NCBI GenBank assembly: GCA_963779755.1 | Contig: CAVZZO010000001.1 | Coordinates: forward strand, 544,001 to 608,000 | From: an uncultured Gemmatimonadales bacterium | GTDB taxonomy: Bacteria; Gemmatimonadota; Gemmatimonadetes; Gemmatimonadales; GWC2-71-9 | DNA length: 64,000 bases | Direction of reading: 5' to 3' | Part shown: positions 39,767 through 49,481 of the stretch, piece by piece | How positions within the stretch are numbered: position 1 is the stretch's first letter | Layout: each line of letters starts with the position of its first letter | Program-made: the position numbers and the translations under genes | The notes under the pieces: generated by a model | What the model saw: the letters and a program-made list of their open reading frames with translations, nothing else | Databases searched by the model: none | Told to the model about the DNA's origin: nothing

Positions 39767-39799
39767 AATCTATCGGGCCCGAGATGACGAGGGGATGAC
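39767..39799 (-). promoter_or_regulatory. Tandem box GTCA-N7-GTCA, 12 nt, then -10 TAGATT, 6 nt before the ATG (leaderless, probably autoregulated)
   Basis: Read directly; geometry identical to 37580-37612. Confidence 0.7.
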
Positions 39800-39800
39800 G

Positions 39801-39914
39801 GTCGAGGGGGTCGAGAGGGTCGAGGGGGTCGAGCGGTTTGCCCGATGGCTGCGGCGAAGGAATTACCCGTCTAGGCCGGACCTCGACCCTCTTGGCCCTC
39901 TCGAGCTTCTCGAC
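39801..39914. repeat. 9-bp GTCGAG(A/G)GG repeats with inverted degenerate copies overlapping the lspA 3' end
   Basis: Same family as 2681-2756. Confidence 0.7.
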
Positions 39915-40407
39915 TATTACTTGCCTCCCGGCGATCCTCCCGGATCAGCAGAATTGCCAGCAGGATCGCCCCGCAGGTGACGGCGCTGTCGGCCACATTG
40001 AAGGTCCAGAACCGCAGGTTGCCGATACCGACGTCGATGAAATCCACCACCCCGCGCGCGGAGCGAATGCGGTCGAGCAGGTTGCCCAGCGCGCCGCCGG
40101 CGATCAGGGCCAGGGCGATGGTCCGGGCCACGGCGCTCCCCGGCGTTCCCCGCACGAACCGCAGGATCACCGTCAGCGCGATCACCGCCAGCAGGCCGAA
40201 GATCCAGCGCGAGTGAATGCCCAGCGACAGGCCCATGGCCGCGCCCTGATTGTAGGCGAGCGTCAGCCGCACCGTGTTGCCCAGCACCTCGTGCGGGATG
40301 TAGGGCGGCGAGAGGTGCTCCACGGCGAGCTGCTTGGTGACGTAGTCGCCCACCAGGACGGTAAGCATGATGGGCCAGAAGAGCAGGTGCTTGCGTCCGC
40401 CGGGCAT
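39871..40407 (-). CDS. lspA: Signal peptidase II
   Basis: DYVTK, NQGAAMG, GNLLDR, VVDFI, FNVAD. Confidence 0.95.
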   Translation of the reverse strand: MPGGRKHLLFWPIMLTVLVGDYVTKQLAVEHLSPPYIPHEVLGNTVRLTLAYNQGAAMGLSLGIHSRWIFGLLAVIALTVILRFVRGTPGSAVARTIALALIAGGALGNLLDRIRSARGVVDFIDVGIGNLRFWTFNVADSAVTCGAILLAILLIREDRREASNSREAREGQEGRGPA

Positions 40408-40871
40408 TACGCCTTCTCCCAGTGCTGCAGTTCGATGACGTTGTGTTCGGGATCGCGCATATAGGCGAAGTGAAGCAGCCCGGCTCCCGGGACTTCGTGC
40501 CGCACCGTCCGGCCCAGCCAGGAGCCGCCCGCCTGCACCACCGAGCGGCACGCCGCCTCGACATCGGGCACCGCGAAGGCGATGTGGCCGAAGCCGGTCC
40601 GGTTGGGCAGCCCCGGCTCGCCCGCCAGCTCCGGATCATAGCTGTAGATCTCGAGCGTGGGGCCGCCGGGCCCGTGGCCCGGCAGCCGGAGATGCTGCCC
40701 CCGGAGGCGGATGCCGGGAACCCCGGCGCCCTCCGCCAGCCATTCGCCGGCCAGATCGCGCTCGGGCGGGACCGGAGTACAGCCGAAGACGTCGCAGTAG
40801 AACCGGCTGAGCCGGCGCCAGTCGCGAGCGGCGATATTCACGTGGCCGAAACGGATGGGGTCGGTTGGCAT
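40407..40871 (-). CDS. VOC/glyoxalase family protein
   Basis: GHVNI, FYCDVFG, GHIAF.V.D, RDPEHNVIEL. Confidence 0.9.
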   Translation of the reverse strand: MPTDPIRFGHVNIAARDWRRLSRFYCDVFGCTPVPPERDLAGEWLAEGAGVPGIRLRGQHLRLPGHGPGGPTLEIYSYDPELAGEPGLPNRTGFGHIAFAVPDVEAACRSVVQAGGSWLGRTVRHEVPGAGLLHFAYMRDPEHNVIELQHWEKA

Positions 40872-40948
40872 GACGGAAATTACAGGGGAGGGGGGGATGA
40901 TGGTACGCGGCAGGGGCGACGCATGCGTCGCCCCTGCCGCGTACCGCC

Positions 40949-42742
40949 TCACCGGCCCGTAAAGATCCCGTGCCTGATCCTTACGGCCTTGGGGCTCGCC
41001 TTCGGGTCGGGCTCGATGTGCCGGCGGACGTTCGCCACCAGTCGCACGACGCCCCTGAGCGTCATGGGCTGGCCGCCGCGCAGGATATGCAGCGGCAGGT
41101 CCTGGTCCTCTTTTGATGCGTACTCCGACCGGAACCGATCGAAGGCGTCGGGCGCGTTGACGGCGATATCGCCCACCGAGACCAGCACATCGCCCGCCTG
41201 CACCCCCGCCGAATCGGCCACGCTGCCGGGGACGACCGACACGATGCGGACGCCGGCGCTGTCACCGGTGGTGTTGACACCGATCCGCGGCGACCGCACC
41301 GTGTCGGTGACCAGCCGCAGCCCGGCCCGGGGCAGAAGGCTGTCCCAGGGATAGGGCGAGCGGCCATCTACGTAGGCGGTATCGAAGGCGGTGAATGAGG
41401 CCCCCCCGGCATCGCGGCTCACCGCTCCCCACCATTCCGTCGCCCCGAATCCTCGGCCCTGTTTGTAGGTCTGCCGATAGACCTGCTGCATCACGTCGTC
41501 CAGCGACAGCCGGTTATCGCTGGCGTCGCGGATCATGATGTCGAGCATGAATCCCGCCAGGGATCCCTTGGGATAGTAGAGGTACCCGGTGCCGTCGGTG
41601 GGGTGGATCCAGGTGGCCAGCGAGGCGTCCTCCAGCGCCACGGCCGGCGAGTTGTCCACGGTGGCGATCTTGCCCGACGTGACATTCAGGAAGGCCGCCG
41701 AGTCGACCAGGCCGGCGCGCACCAGCGTGAGATCGGCGTAGTAGTCGGTGATCCCCTCGCTCACCCAGAGCCAGGGCGTGGGCTGCGACTGGTCGTAGCG
41801 ATAGGGAACCATGTCGGCCGGGCGCATGCGCTTCACGTTGAAGGCATGGAACATCTCATGCGCCGTGACCGACGTGAGCCACGGCTGCCCGATTCCCTGC
41901 GGGGTATAGATGCCCAGGTGGGAGTTCTGGTGTTCCAGCGCGGAGCCGCCGCCGTAGGCGGAATCGAACACCATCAGGGTGGTATAGGTCTGGTACGGCG
42001 TTTCGCCGAACACGGCCGACTGCGGGGCGAAGAGTTTGCGGTACTGGGTCCAGAAGACGTCGCGCTGATTGCCGGCCAGGGTGCCGGCCGGATAGGTGGC
42101 CAGCCGCATGGTGAGGCCGCCGGCCCGGCTCGAGTCGTAATCGAACCGGCCGATGAAAAAGGGCATGTCCACGAGGTCGTGGTAGTCGCCCTCGGTGTAG
42201 GTCCCGGCCTCGCTCCCCGAATGCATGCCGGTGGCGACCAGCCAGCCGGGTTCGGTGTGGATCCGTACGGTGGCCGGGAACTGCATGCTACGGCCCTCGG
42301 GGTACAGAAAGACGTTGGTGCCGTTGAAAAAGGCGAAGTCGGGCCGGGTCCAGGCGATGGCGTTGTCCAGGGAATCGGCCAGGTAATCGAACCCGACGGC
42401 GATCTGGCGGGCGCCGGACGGCTGAATGCGCCAGGTGTCATAGTCCAGCCGGTCCCAGTCCAGGGGCCGGCCGCCGGCCGTAGCGTCGAACCCGGACACC
42501 CAGCGGGCGAAGTTGGTGATCTCGTAGGCTCCGGGAGTCCAGTCGGGCAGGGACAGCAGCACCGGGCCGTTGCCCCCCACGTCGAAGGTCATTTCGACGT
42601 GCAGGCTGTGCCCGGCCGCGGTGGCCCGGGTGTAGGTGACGTCGTAGCGGATGTTGCTGAGGGGCGCGGAAACCGGCGCCTGGGCGGAGCTTACCGCTGC
42701 GGCTCCGGCGAGAAGAGCAAGGGTGGACAGGGCCAGGCGCAT
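40949..42742 (-). CDS. M61 glycyl aminopeptidase family with C-terminal PDZ domain
   Basis: WTPGAY, ALEH, HEMFHAFNVKRMRP, WVSEGITDYY, PDZ. Confidence 0.92.
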   Translation of the reverse strand: MRLALSTLALLAGAAAVSSAQAPVSAPLSNIRYDVTYTRATAAGHSLHVEMTFDVGGNGPVLLSLPDWTPGAYEITNFARWVSGFDATAGGRPLDWDRLDYDTWRIQPSGARQIAVGFDYLADSLDNAIAWTRPDFAFFNGTNVFLYPEGRSMQFPATVRIHTEPGWLVATGMHSGSEAGTYTEGDYHDLVDMPFFIGRFDYDSSRAGGLTMRLATYPAGTLAGNQRDVFWTQYRKLFAPQSAVFGETPYQTYTTLMVFDSAYGGGSALEHQNSHLGIYTPQGIGQPWLTSVTAHEMFHAFNVKRMRPADMVPYRYDQSQPTPWLWVSEGITDYYADLTLVRAGLVDSAAFLNVTSGKIATVDNSPAVALEDASLATWIHPTDGTGYLYYPKGSLAGFMLDIMIRDASDNRLSLDDVMQQVYRQTYKQGRGFGATEWWGAVSRDAGGASFTAFDTAYVDGRSPYPWDSLLPRAGLRLVTDTVRSPRIGVNTTGDSAGVRIVSVVPGSVADSAGVQAGDVLVSVGDIAVNAPDAFDRFRSEYASKEDQDLPLHILRGGQPMTLRGVVRLVANVRRHIEPDPKASPKAVRIRHGIFTGR

Positions 42743-42876
42743 GGGTGGTCCAGTGAAGGAGACACCCTATAGACGGGCCGGCGAGCCTCCGGGTTGCAGG
42801 GAAGGCCGGGGTGGGCCCGGGGCGCTACCTCCCACCCCCCTCCGTGCCCACCTGCCGCCCGGTCCGCTCTTCCGGC

Positions 42877-43356
42877 TCAGTCCTCAGCCGTCTTCGGTTC
42901 CGGGACGCCCATATCGGCAGAGATTCGCCATCCGCCGTCGGGCTGCTTCTTCCAGACGGTCACATAGCGGCCGCCGATGGTGCGGGTGGGCACGCCGGGC
43001 GGGGTGTAGGTGTAGGTCCAGCGGCCCGTCTCGTACGCGGTATTGTCCACCACCCAGAGATCGTCGGTCTTGATGGTGACCGTCACGGGGCCAACCCGCT
43101 TCACGAAGTCCGTGAAATCGGCCGCGATGGCGTCCCGGCCCCGCACCATGGCGCCGTTGGGGCTGAAGCGGGCGCCGTCCGGATCGTACACCCGCGCGAA
43201 CGCCTGCGCATCCGCCCGGGCGAAGGCCGCGATGTACTCGTCGTTGCCCCTCTCGATGGCGGCCATCACGACGGGGCGGTTGTCAGGAGCCTGTGCTGCG
43301 AGGGGCGCGGCGGCGTACATGAGCGCCAGGAAAGCGAGAGGCACGGCCGTTCTCAT
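42877..43356 (-). CDS. Exported NTF2-like (DUF4440/YybH) protein
   Basis: Signal peptide; GRDAI, AYETG, YVTVWKKQPDGGWRI. Confidence 0.85.
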   Translation of the reverse strand: MRTAVPLAFLALMYAAAPLAAQAPDNRPVVMAAIERGNDEYIAAFARADAQAFARVYDPDGARFSPNGAMVRGRDAIAADFTDFVKRVGPVTVTIKTDDLWVVDNTAYETGRWTYTYTPPGVPTRTIGGRYVTVWKKQPDGGWRISADMGVPEPKTAED

Positions 43357-43415
43357 ACGGGGCTCCTGCGAAGGGCGGTCGGGGTCCGGGAGCAGCTTCC
43401 GCTCAGTCCTCAGTC

Positions 43416-43778
43416 CTAGAGCCGTTCTACGTCCTCCACCGTGCGTTCGTTTCTCACATTCCCGGTATTCAGCGTTCCCCGGGGCTCGATCAGCATGAGG
43501 AGCACCTCGCCGCGGGCCACCGGGCAATGCTCCACGCCCCGGGGGATCACCACCATCTCGCCCGGGCCCAGCCGGAGGGTGCCGTCGCGCAGCTCGATCT
43601 CCAGGTGGCCCTCCACCACGAAGAACAGCTCGTCCTCCCGCTCGTGATGGTGCCAGACGAACTCGCCTTCCAGCCGAGTCAGCTTGACATGGCTGTCGTT
43701 CACCTCCGCTATGAGGCGGGGATGCCAATGGTCGGAGAAGCTCTGGAACTTCTCCCGCAGGTTGATGACCTGAAGCAT
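43416..43778 (-). CDS. Cupin domain protein
   Basis: FVWHHHEREDELF, IPRGVEHCP. Confidence 0.9.
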   Translation of the reverse strand: MLQVINLREKFQSFSDHWHPRLIAEVNDSHVKLTRLEGEFVWHHHEREDELFFVVEGHLEIELRDGTLRLGPGEMVVIPRGVEHCPVARGEVLLMLIEPRGTLNTGNVRNERTVEDVERL

Positions 43779-43811
43779 GGTAGAAATCCTCCGGCTCGGT
43801 GGTCAGTGTGC

Positions 43812-45680
43812 TCAGTGGCCCGTATTCTCATAGTACACCACCCCTCCACTCACGGTGCCGGCGAAGAGGTCCGGATCGCCATCGCCATCGATGTCCGCGA
43901 ACCGGGGCGAGGAGAGGGGCGGAAGGGCGACGCGGAAGGTGGTGTCGGCCACAAACCTCGGCTCGGTGGGCGTTCCCAGGTTGCGATACAGCAGGAGCGG
44001 CCCGGCCTCGGAGCCGATCAGAAGATCCTGGTCCCCGTCGCCGTCGATATCCGTGAACGACGGCGCGCTGCGGCGGCCGGCGCTGATACCGTCGTACTCG
44101 TCACTCACCAGCGTGAACCTCGGCGTCTGCGGCGTGCCGTCATTCCGGTAGAAGTTGATGCTGCCGCTGGACTCTCCCACGAAGAGGTCGAGGTCGCCGT
44201 CGCCGTCGATGTCCACCAGGGCCGGCGTGGCAAAGCTGCCGCGGGTAAGCCGTACCAGGGCGGAATCGGCTAGGACGAACTCCGGATCGGAGCGGGTGCC
44301 ATCGTTGTGGTAGTACGGCAGCGCGTCGCGCCAGGTGCCGGCCACCAGGTCGGGCTTGCCGTCGCCGTCCAGGTCGCCGAACGCCGGCGCGTAGTGGTAC
44401 TGGCCGGCGATATTCAGCCGGCCGGCGGCGTGGAACTCGGCCCGCTCCGGGGTGCCCTCGTTGCGGTAGAGGTAGAGGCCCGCGGTGTGGGGGTCGTCGG
44501 GCTCGATCTTGTTGCCCAGTACCAGGTCGAGATCGCCGTCGCCGTCCAGGTCTACCAGGGCGGGTGAGCTTTCCTGGCCCACGTCGATGGAGGACAGGAA
44601 CTCGCGCGTCCGGAGGGTGTAGCGCATCGCGCCGGTCTGTTCGAGATAATAGAGATTGGCACGGCTGGTGCTGGCCGGCCGGAAGGCGCCGCCCAGCACG
44701 CCCACCACGAGGTCCAGGTCGCCGTCGCCGTCCAGGTCGGCCACCGCCGGGGCGTTGTAGCCGCTGGTGCGCAGCGGCGTGCCCGGCGGGAAGGCGGTCG
44801 AATCCCGTCCGATCACCGGCTGCTCACAGGTCCCGGTGTTCTTGAGCCAGATGAGCCCGGGTTCGAAGTAGTCGCCCCAGAGAATATCCTGGTCCCCGTC
44901 CCGGTCGATATCCACCACCACCATGGTATTGGCGCCGTGCATGCTGGGCGTGGGGAACTGCTGGCCGATGATCTGGATGTTCTGGAACCGGTCGGTGAGG
45001 AATCCGAACCGGGGAACGCCCCCGGCTTCCAGGGTGTCCAGCTCGTAACGCGTCACCATGCCGCTGGTGCGGCCCATCAGCAGGTCCAGCCGGCCGTTGC
45101 AGTCCACGTCCACGATCTGGGGAATGTTCTGCCGGTCGTTGTAGATGGCCTCGCCCCCCCTATCCCGGATGGTGTCGGCGGCCAGCACGAACCGCGGCTG
45201 CCGGCTGGAGCCGTCGTTCCGGAAATAGCGGATGTAGCTGTAGGGCGATTCCGCCAGCAGGTCGAGGTCGCCGTCGCCGTCCATGTCCACGAACCGGCTC
45301 CACTCGCCGATATCCAGGTCCTGATAATCGTCGCTGCGGAAGGCGTAGCGCGCGGAATCCCCCGCGCCGGTGCGCTCGAAGAGCATCATCCGGCCGGTGT
45401 ATTCCTGGACGAACAGATCGAGATCGCCGTCGCCGTCGATGTCCACCAGCTGGGGACGCGGGTTGTTGAGGCCGCCCAGGAAGGGGAAGGCCATCGGCGC
45501 GCCGGTGGAATCGAAGGCGGCCGGGGCATCTACCTGGCGCACGAATCCAGCTTCGCTCACCGGATGGGGGTAAGGATCGATACGAGGTCTGACGGAGGGA
45601 GCGGGGTTCCGACCGCAGCCCAGGAGCAGGACAGCGAGGCCGGTGAACGGCCCCGCCATCCAGGCGGCACCAGCCCTCAC
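43812..45680 (-). CDS. FG-GAP/VCBS repeat lipoprotein
   Basis: About 10 DxDGDGDxDL Ca-binding blades; lipobox LLGC. Confidence 0.88.
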   Translation of the reverse strand: MRAGAAWMAGPFTGLAVLLLGCGRNPAPSVRPRIDPYPHPVSEAGFVRQVDAPAAFDSTGAPMAFPFLGGLNNPRPQLVDIDGDGDLDLFVQEYTGRMMLFERTGAGDSARYAFRSDDYQDLDIGEWSRFVDMDGDGDLDLLAESPYSYIRYFRNDGSSRQPRFVLAADTIRDRGGEAIYNDRQNIPQIVDVDCNGRLDLLMGRTSGMVTRYELDTLEAGGVPRFGFLTDRFQNIQIIGQQFPTPSMHGANTMVVVDIDRDGDQDILWGDYFEPGLIWLKNTGTCEQPVIGRDSTAFPPGTPLRTSGYNAPAVADLDGDGDLDLVVGVLGGAFRPASTSRANLYYLEQTGAMRYTLRTREFLSSIDVGQESSPALVDLDGDGDLDLVLGNKIEPDDPHTAGLYLYRNEGTPERAEFHAAGRLNIAGQYHYAPAFGDLDGDGKPDLVAGTWRDALPYYHNDGTRSDPEFVLADSALVRLTRGSFATPALVDIDGDGDLDLFVGESSGSINFYRNDGTPQTPRFTLVSDEYDGISAGRRSAPSFTDIDGDGDQDLLIGSEAGPLLLYRNLGTPTEPRFVADTTFRVALPPLSSPRFADIDGDGDPDLFAGTVSGGVVYYENTGH

Positions 45681-46759
45681 CGGCGCCCCGAAATGTTCAT
45701 GCCGACAGGATCCACGTCGGTTTCGATCACCTTGGCGATCTTGCCGCTGGTCCGGTCGATCACCACGACCGTTCCGGTCCCGCCGGGCCGGGCGGTCTCC
45801 GGCTGGTAGGCACCCTGAAGATTGTGGTTCGAGATATAGACCGTCTTGCCGTCCGGCGAGATCGCCACGCCGTGGGGCTCGGCCAGGCCTTTGCCCTGGA
45901 CGATGGTGCCTACCTTCCAGGTGCCGGCGTCGAGCTCCGTCACGCTGTTGTCCTTCTGGTTGCCGAACCAGACCTGCTTGCCGTCGGGCGTGAAGGTCAC
46001 ATGCCAGGGCCAGGCGGGCACCGGAACAGCCTTCTGCTGCGTCAGGCTCGCCGGCGTGGACGCATCGAAGACCAGTGCCTGGTTCTGCATCTGGTCGGTG
46101 GCGACCAGCCGGGTACCGTCGGGGCTGACGGCGAAGTCCACGATCATCCGGTTGCCGTCGCCGGGGACGGGGCTCAGCGTGACCTCTTCCGTCTGGCCGT
46201 TTACCGTGGCGATCTGGTTCTCGGCCAGGCTACCGACGAAGGCGAAGCGGCCCCGCGGGTCCACCGCCACCGCATGGGGCCGTCCCACGAAGACGTCTAC
46301 TTCGTCGATGGACATGTCGGTGCGGTGAATGACCCCGATGCTCGACGGCGGGTTGACCGCCGACATGCTACGGGTGGCGTAGAGCAGATCGCTGTTCGGG
46401 TCCAGCGCCAGCAGGCCGGGCACCGCCATGGCGGCCTTGCCCACTACCCGGTTCTCCCGGTCGAGCTTGACCACGTAGCCGTCGCCGATCAGCGACACAT
46501 ACCAGTAGGAGCCGTCCGGCTCGACCGCGATATCATGGGGCTTGGCCTTGGCCGAGAAGCCCAGCTTCTGCAGATCCACGGTGGTGACGAGCGTGTTGGT
46601 CCGGGCGTCGATCACCGACACGGTGGCCGGCTGCTGGTTGGCGACGTAGAGCATCGGGTCGCCGGCGGCCGGGGTGGAGGCCGGCGCCGCGCCCGCCGGA
46701 GCGCCGCAGGCCAGCAGGGCGGCGATGATCGCGCCCAGGTGCATACCGCGAGCAGTCAT
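45677..46759 (-). CDS. YncE/YVTN beta-propeller protein
   Basis: YVANQ...VSVID, PHxxAxxPDG repeats; signal peptide or lipobox. Confidence 0.88.
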   Translation of the reverse strand: MTARGMHLGAIIAALLACGAPAGAAPASTPAAGDPMLYVANQQPATVSVIDARTNTLVTTVDLQKLGFSAKAKPHDIAVEPDGSYWYVSLIGDGYVVKLDRENRVVGKAAMAVPGLLALDPNSDLLYATRSMSAVNPPSSIGVIHRTDMSIDEVDVFVGRPHAVAVDPRGRFAFVGSLAENQIATVNGQTEEVTLSPVPGDGNRMIVDFAVSPDGTRLVATDQMQNQALVFDASTPASLTQQKAVPVPAWPWHVTFTPDGKQVWFGNQKDNSVTELDAGTWKVGTIVQGKGLAEPHGVAISPDGKTVYISNHNLQGAYQPETARPGGTGTVVVIDRTSGKIAKVIETDVDPVGMNISGRR

Positions 46760-46784
46760 TGGCAGGGTCTCCCGGTGACACGAA

Positions 46785-46813
46785 CGGGAGACGGGACCGA
46801 AGCCCGTCTCCCG
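46785..46813 (-). terminator. GC hairpin with a UUCG loop between choice-of-anchor B and yncE-like genes
   Basis: CGGGAGACGGG/CCCGTCTCCCG 11-bp stem; weak U tail. Confidence 0.55.
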
Positions 46814-46842
46814 CGCGTGCCACTGATCCAGAGGTTATCGGG

Positions 46843-49206
46843 TCACGGGGTCAGCGTCGTCTGGTGATTCTTCAGCATGAACAACCCTTCGGACATACTG
46901 GTGACGACGATCGTGCCGCTCTTGAAGAACGGGTAGTTGCTCCAGGAACCGCCGAACCCGGGCTCATCCGGCCCCACCGGGACCGTATCGAAGAAGCCGT
47001 AATCCCTGGGGTTCTTCGGATCGCTGACATCGAGCACCCGGAGGCCGCTGACGTAGTTCGACTGGTACATCAGGTTGCCCTTGATGTACAGGTTGTGATC
47101 GGTCGAGTGGTTCTTGGAGATGTGCTCCGTCACCAGCACCGGGTCGGTCAGATCGCTCACGTCCCACACCAGGGTGCGCGTTCCGTTCACCGCCCCGTTC
47201 AGTTCGTCCAGCTCGTCGTCCATGAAGAAGAACCGCTGATCCTCGCTCAGCCAGCCCTGGTGGGCGTAGCCCACGTTGGGATAGGCCGCGTGCGACAGGG
47301 CCACCGGCTTGGATTTGTCGGTAACATCGGCGATCTCCAGGGCGGTCTCCGCCGAGTTGAGGCAGATCTCGTGGTCCCGGTACTTGCGGTCGGGGCCCTG
47401 GTAGACCACGCACTGCGCGTCGTGGATGTAGCCGGTGCCCGCGCGCCCGGTGGTGGGGTCGGCGAAGCAGCCGGCGAAGGCGGGGTGCAGCGGGTCGCTG
47501 ATGTTGATCATGTGCAGCCCGCCGCCGCAGGTCTCGCCGCCCGAGCTGTTGCCCACGGTGAAGGCATAGCCGGTGGCGGTGTCGATCACGATGTTATGCG
47601 CGCTGTGGATCCGGTCGTAGTGCGCGTCCTCGCTGAAGGTTTGCGGCGCGGCTTTCACGTTCCGCAGTTTCGTGAGGTCGAACACCTGCATGCCGTGCGG
47701 CCCCGATCCGTCCGACACGATGAAGGCGTAGTTGCGGTACACCTTGATATCCCGCCAGATGGCGACGTTGGCCTCCGGGGTCTTGGGCAGGTCGCCCAGG
47801 TACTTCGGATGCGTCGGATCGGTCACGTCCACGAAGGAGGTGCCGTCGATCCGGCCCACCAGGGCGTATTCCCGGCTGGTCTTCGGATCGGTCCAGCCCC
47901 ACAGGTCGTTGAGCACCACCCCTCGCTTGCCGCCCACCTCGCTCACCGGCAGGAAGGACAGCAGGTCCACGTTGCTGCAGTCGAACAATTTGGCGCTCCC
48001 CTTGGAGCAGTCCACCTTGCCGCCGGTAATGGCCGCGAGGTTCTTCACGTCGCCGTAGACCAGCGAATCGGTTTTCCAGTTGCCGCCCTCCCGGTGCAGC
48101 AGCACCGCCCCGCCCGAGCCGAAGTCCTTGTTGGGCGCGCCCACCACGCCGATGCCGCCGGCCAGCGCGATGGCCCCGCCGAACCCCGCGCCCCGGTCCA
48201 GCCCGGGGTAGCCCATCACCGTGGCGCTGTTCCAGTTCCCCGCGGTATCCCGCGAGAACTGGTAGATGCCGCCGGTGAACCCGTTGGCGCCAATGTCGCC
48301 CACCCAGATCTCGCCGCCGGTGTAGGCCAGCGCGCTGCCGAACCCGCGCCGGGGATTGAACGGCAACAGGCCGCCCAGATCCTGCCACATGCCGGTCTGC
48401 GGATCGCGCACCGTCACCTGTACCCCGCCGAAGCCGTGGAAGGTTCCCGGCGCCCCGATCGCCAGCGTGTCGCCTACCAGCATGAGCGCGCTGCCAGAGC
48501 GGGCGTTCTTCTCCAGCAGCCGGCTCTGCAGCATGTCCTCCTGCGACCACTGGCCGGTCGAATCCTGATGGAAGACATAGACCGCGCCCTTGGCGGAGTC
48601 CTTCTGCGCGGCGCCCACATAGATCCGGCCGCCGCCGATGGCGATCGCTGTGCCGAAGAAATCCCCCGGCTGGCCGTCGTTGGCCCGGAGCACGGCGGTC
48701 TGCTTCCAGCCGGTGGCGTCCTTCCGGAAGAGATAGACGGTGCCCCGGGAGCTGTCGCGGCCCCAGCTGGCCACGGCGGCGAGATCGCCCGCCAGCGCGA
48801 CCGAGCGGCCCAGTGCGTCGCCGTCCGCCGCGTCGCTGGCGGTCAGCTTGGCGGCCTGGGCCCAGCCCGAGCCCTGTTTCTGGAACACGTAGGCGGCGCC
48901 CCGGCTGCTGTCCACGCTGGTGGCGCCGATCAGGAGCCGGCCGTTATCCCACGAGAGGCTGCGTCCGAAATGGTCGTAGTTGCCGCCGTCGCTCGCGTGC
49001 AGCTCGGCGGTCCGGCTCCAGGCGTTTCCGGCCCGCTGATAGACGTACACGGCGCCGGGTGCGTACTGGTTGAGCGGCTGGCCCACGAACACCTCCTGCT
49101 CGCCCGCCGCAACGGCGCTGCCGTAGTTCTGCGCCTGCAGCAGGGCGGGGGCCGCGCCGGCCATGAACAGGGCCAGTCCGGTCATTACTAAACGGTTTCG
49201 CATCAT
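46843..49206 (-). CDS. Choice-of-anchor B family protein with N-terminal FG-GAP repeats
   Basis: FG-GAP repeats; NDLWGWTD, WRDIKVY, HDAQC, HQGWL, DDELDE, WSNYPFFKSG. Confidence 0.88.
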   Translation of the reverse strand: MMRNRLVMTGLALFMAGAAPALLQAQNYGSAVAAGEQEVFVGQPLNQYAPGAVYVYQRAGNAWSRTAELHASDGGNYDHFGRSLSWDNGRLLIGATSVDSSRGAAYVFQKQGSGWAQAAKLTASDAADGDALGRSVALAGDLAAVASWGRDSSRGTVYLFRKDATGWKQTAVLRANDGQPGDFFGTAIAIGGGRIYVGAAQKDSAKGAVYVFHQDSTGQWSQEDMLQSRLLEKNARSGSALMLVGDTLAIGAPGTFHGFGGVQVTVRDPQTGMWQDLGGLLPFNPRRGFGSALAYTGGEIWVGDIGANGFTGGIYQFSRDTAGNWNSATVMGYPGLDRGAGFGGAIALAGGIGVVGAPNKDFGSGGAVLLHREGGNWKTDSLVYGDVKNLAAITGGKVDCSKGSAKLFDCSNVDLLSFLPVSEVGGKRGVVLNDLWGWTDPKTSREYALVGRIDGTSFVDVTDPTHPKYLGDLPKTPEANVAIWRDIKVYRNYAFIVSDGSGPHGMQVFDLTKLRNVKAAPQTFSEDAHYDRIHSAHNIVIDTATGYAFTVGNSSGGETCGGGLHMINISDPLHPAFAGCFADPTTGRAGTGYIHDAQCVVYQGPDRKYRDHEICLNSAETALEIADVTDKSKPVALSHAAYPNVGYAHQGWLSEDQRFFFMDDELDELNGAVNGTRTLVWDVSDLTDPVLVTEHISKNHSTDHNLYIKGNLMYQSNYVSGLRVLDVSDPKNPRDYGFFDTVPVGPDEPGFGGSWSNYPFFKSGTIVVTSMSEGLFMLKNHQTTLTP

Positions 49207-49481
49207 GGGGTTGGGGCTCCTTACGGGGGGTCGGGGTATCCACAGACGGCGGTGATGTACTGATACGCAGATTACGCAGAGTACGCAGAACCCACCCCCA
49301 GCGTTTCCGCCAGCCGGGGTGCGGCACCGATTACTGAGCAACGGCCTGAAGTACGGCCGGGTATGGACGGGTGGAAACCGCCCGACAATCTAACCGCGTG
49401 GCCGGGAGATGGGAGCGCCTTGCCCGGGCTCCCCTGCCCGGCTGATCCGCAGATTACGCAGACTTATGCGGATTAGGGAGA

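Noticed and set aside
46759..49191. 810-aa plus-strand ORF and similar long ORFs (e.g. 15265-17106, 33759-35264, 37768-39312, 3430-4995)
   Set aside because: They are antisense or alternate-frame shadows of well-supported genes, expected in high-GC DNA, with no recognisable motifs.
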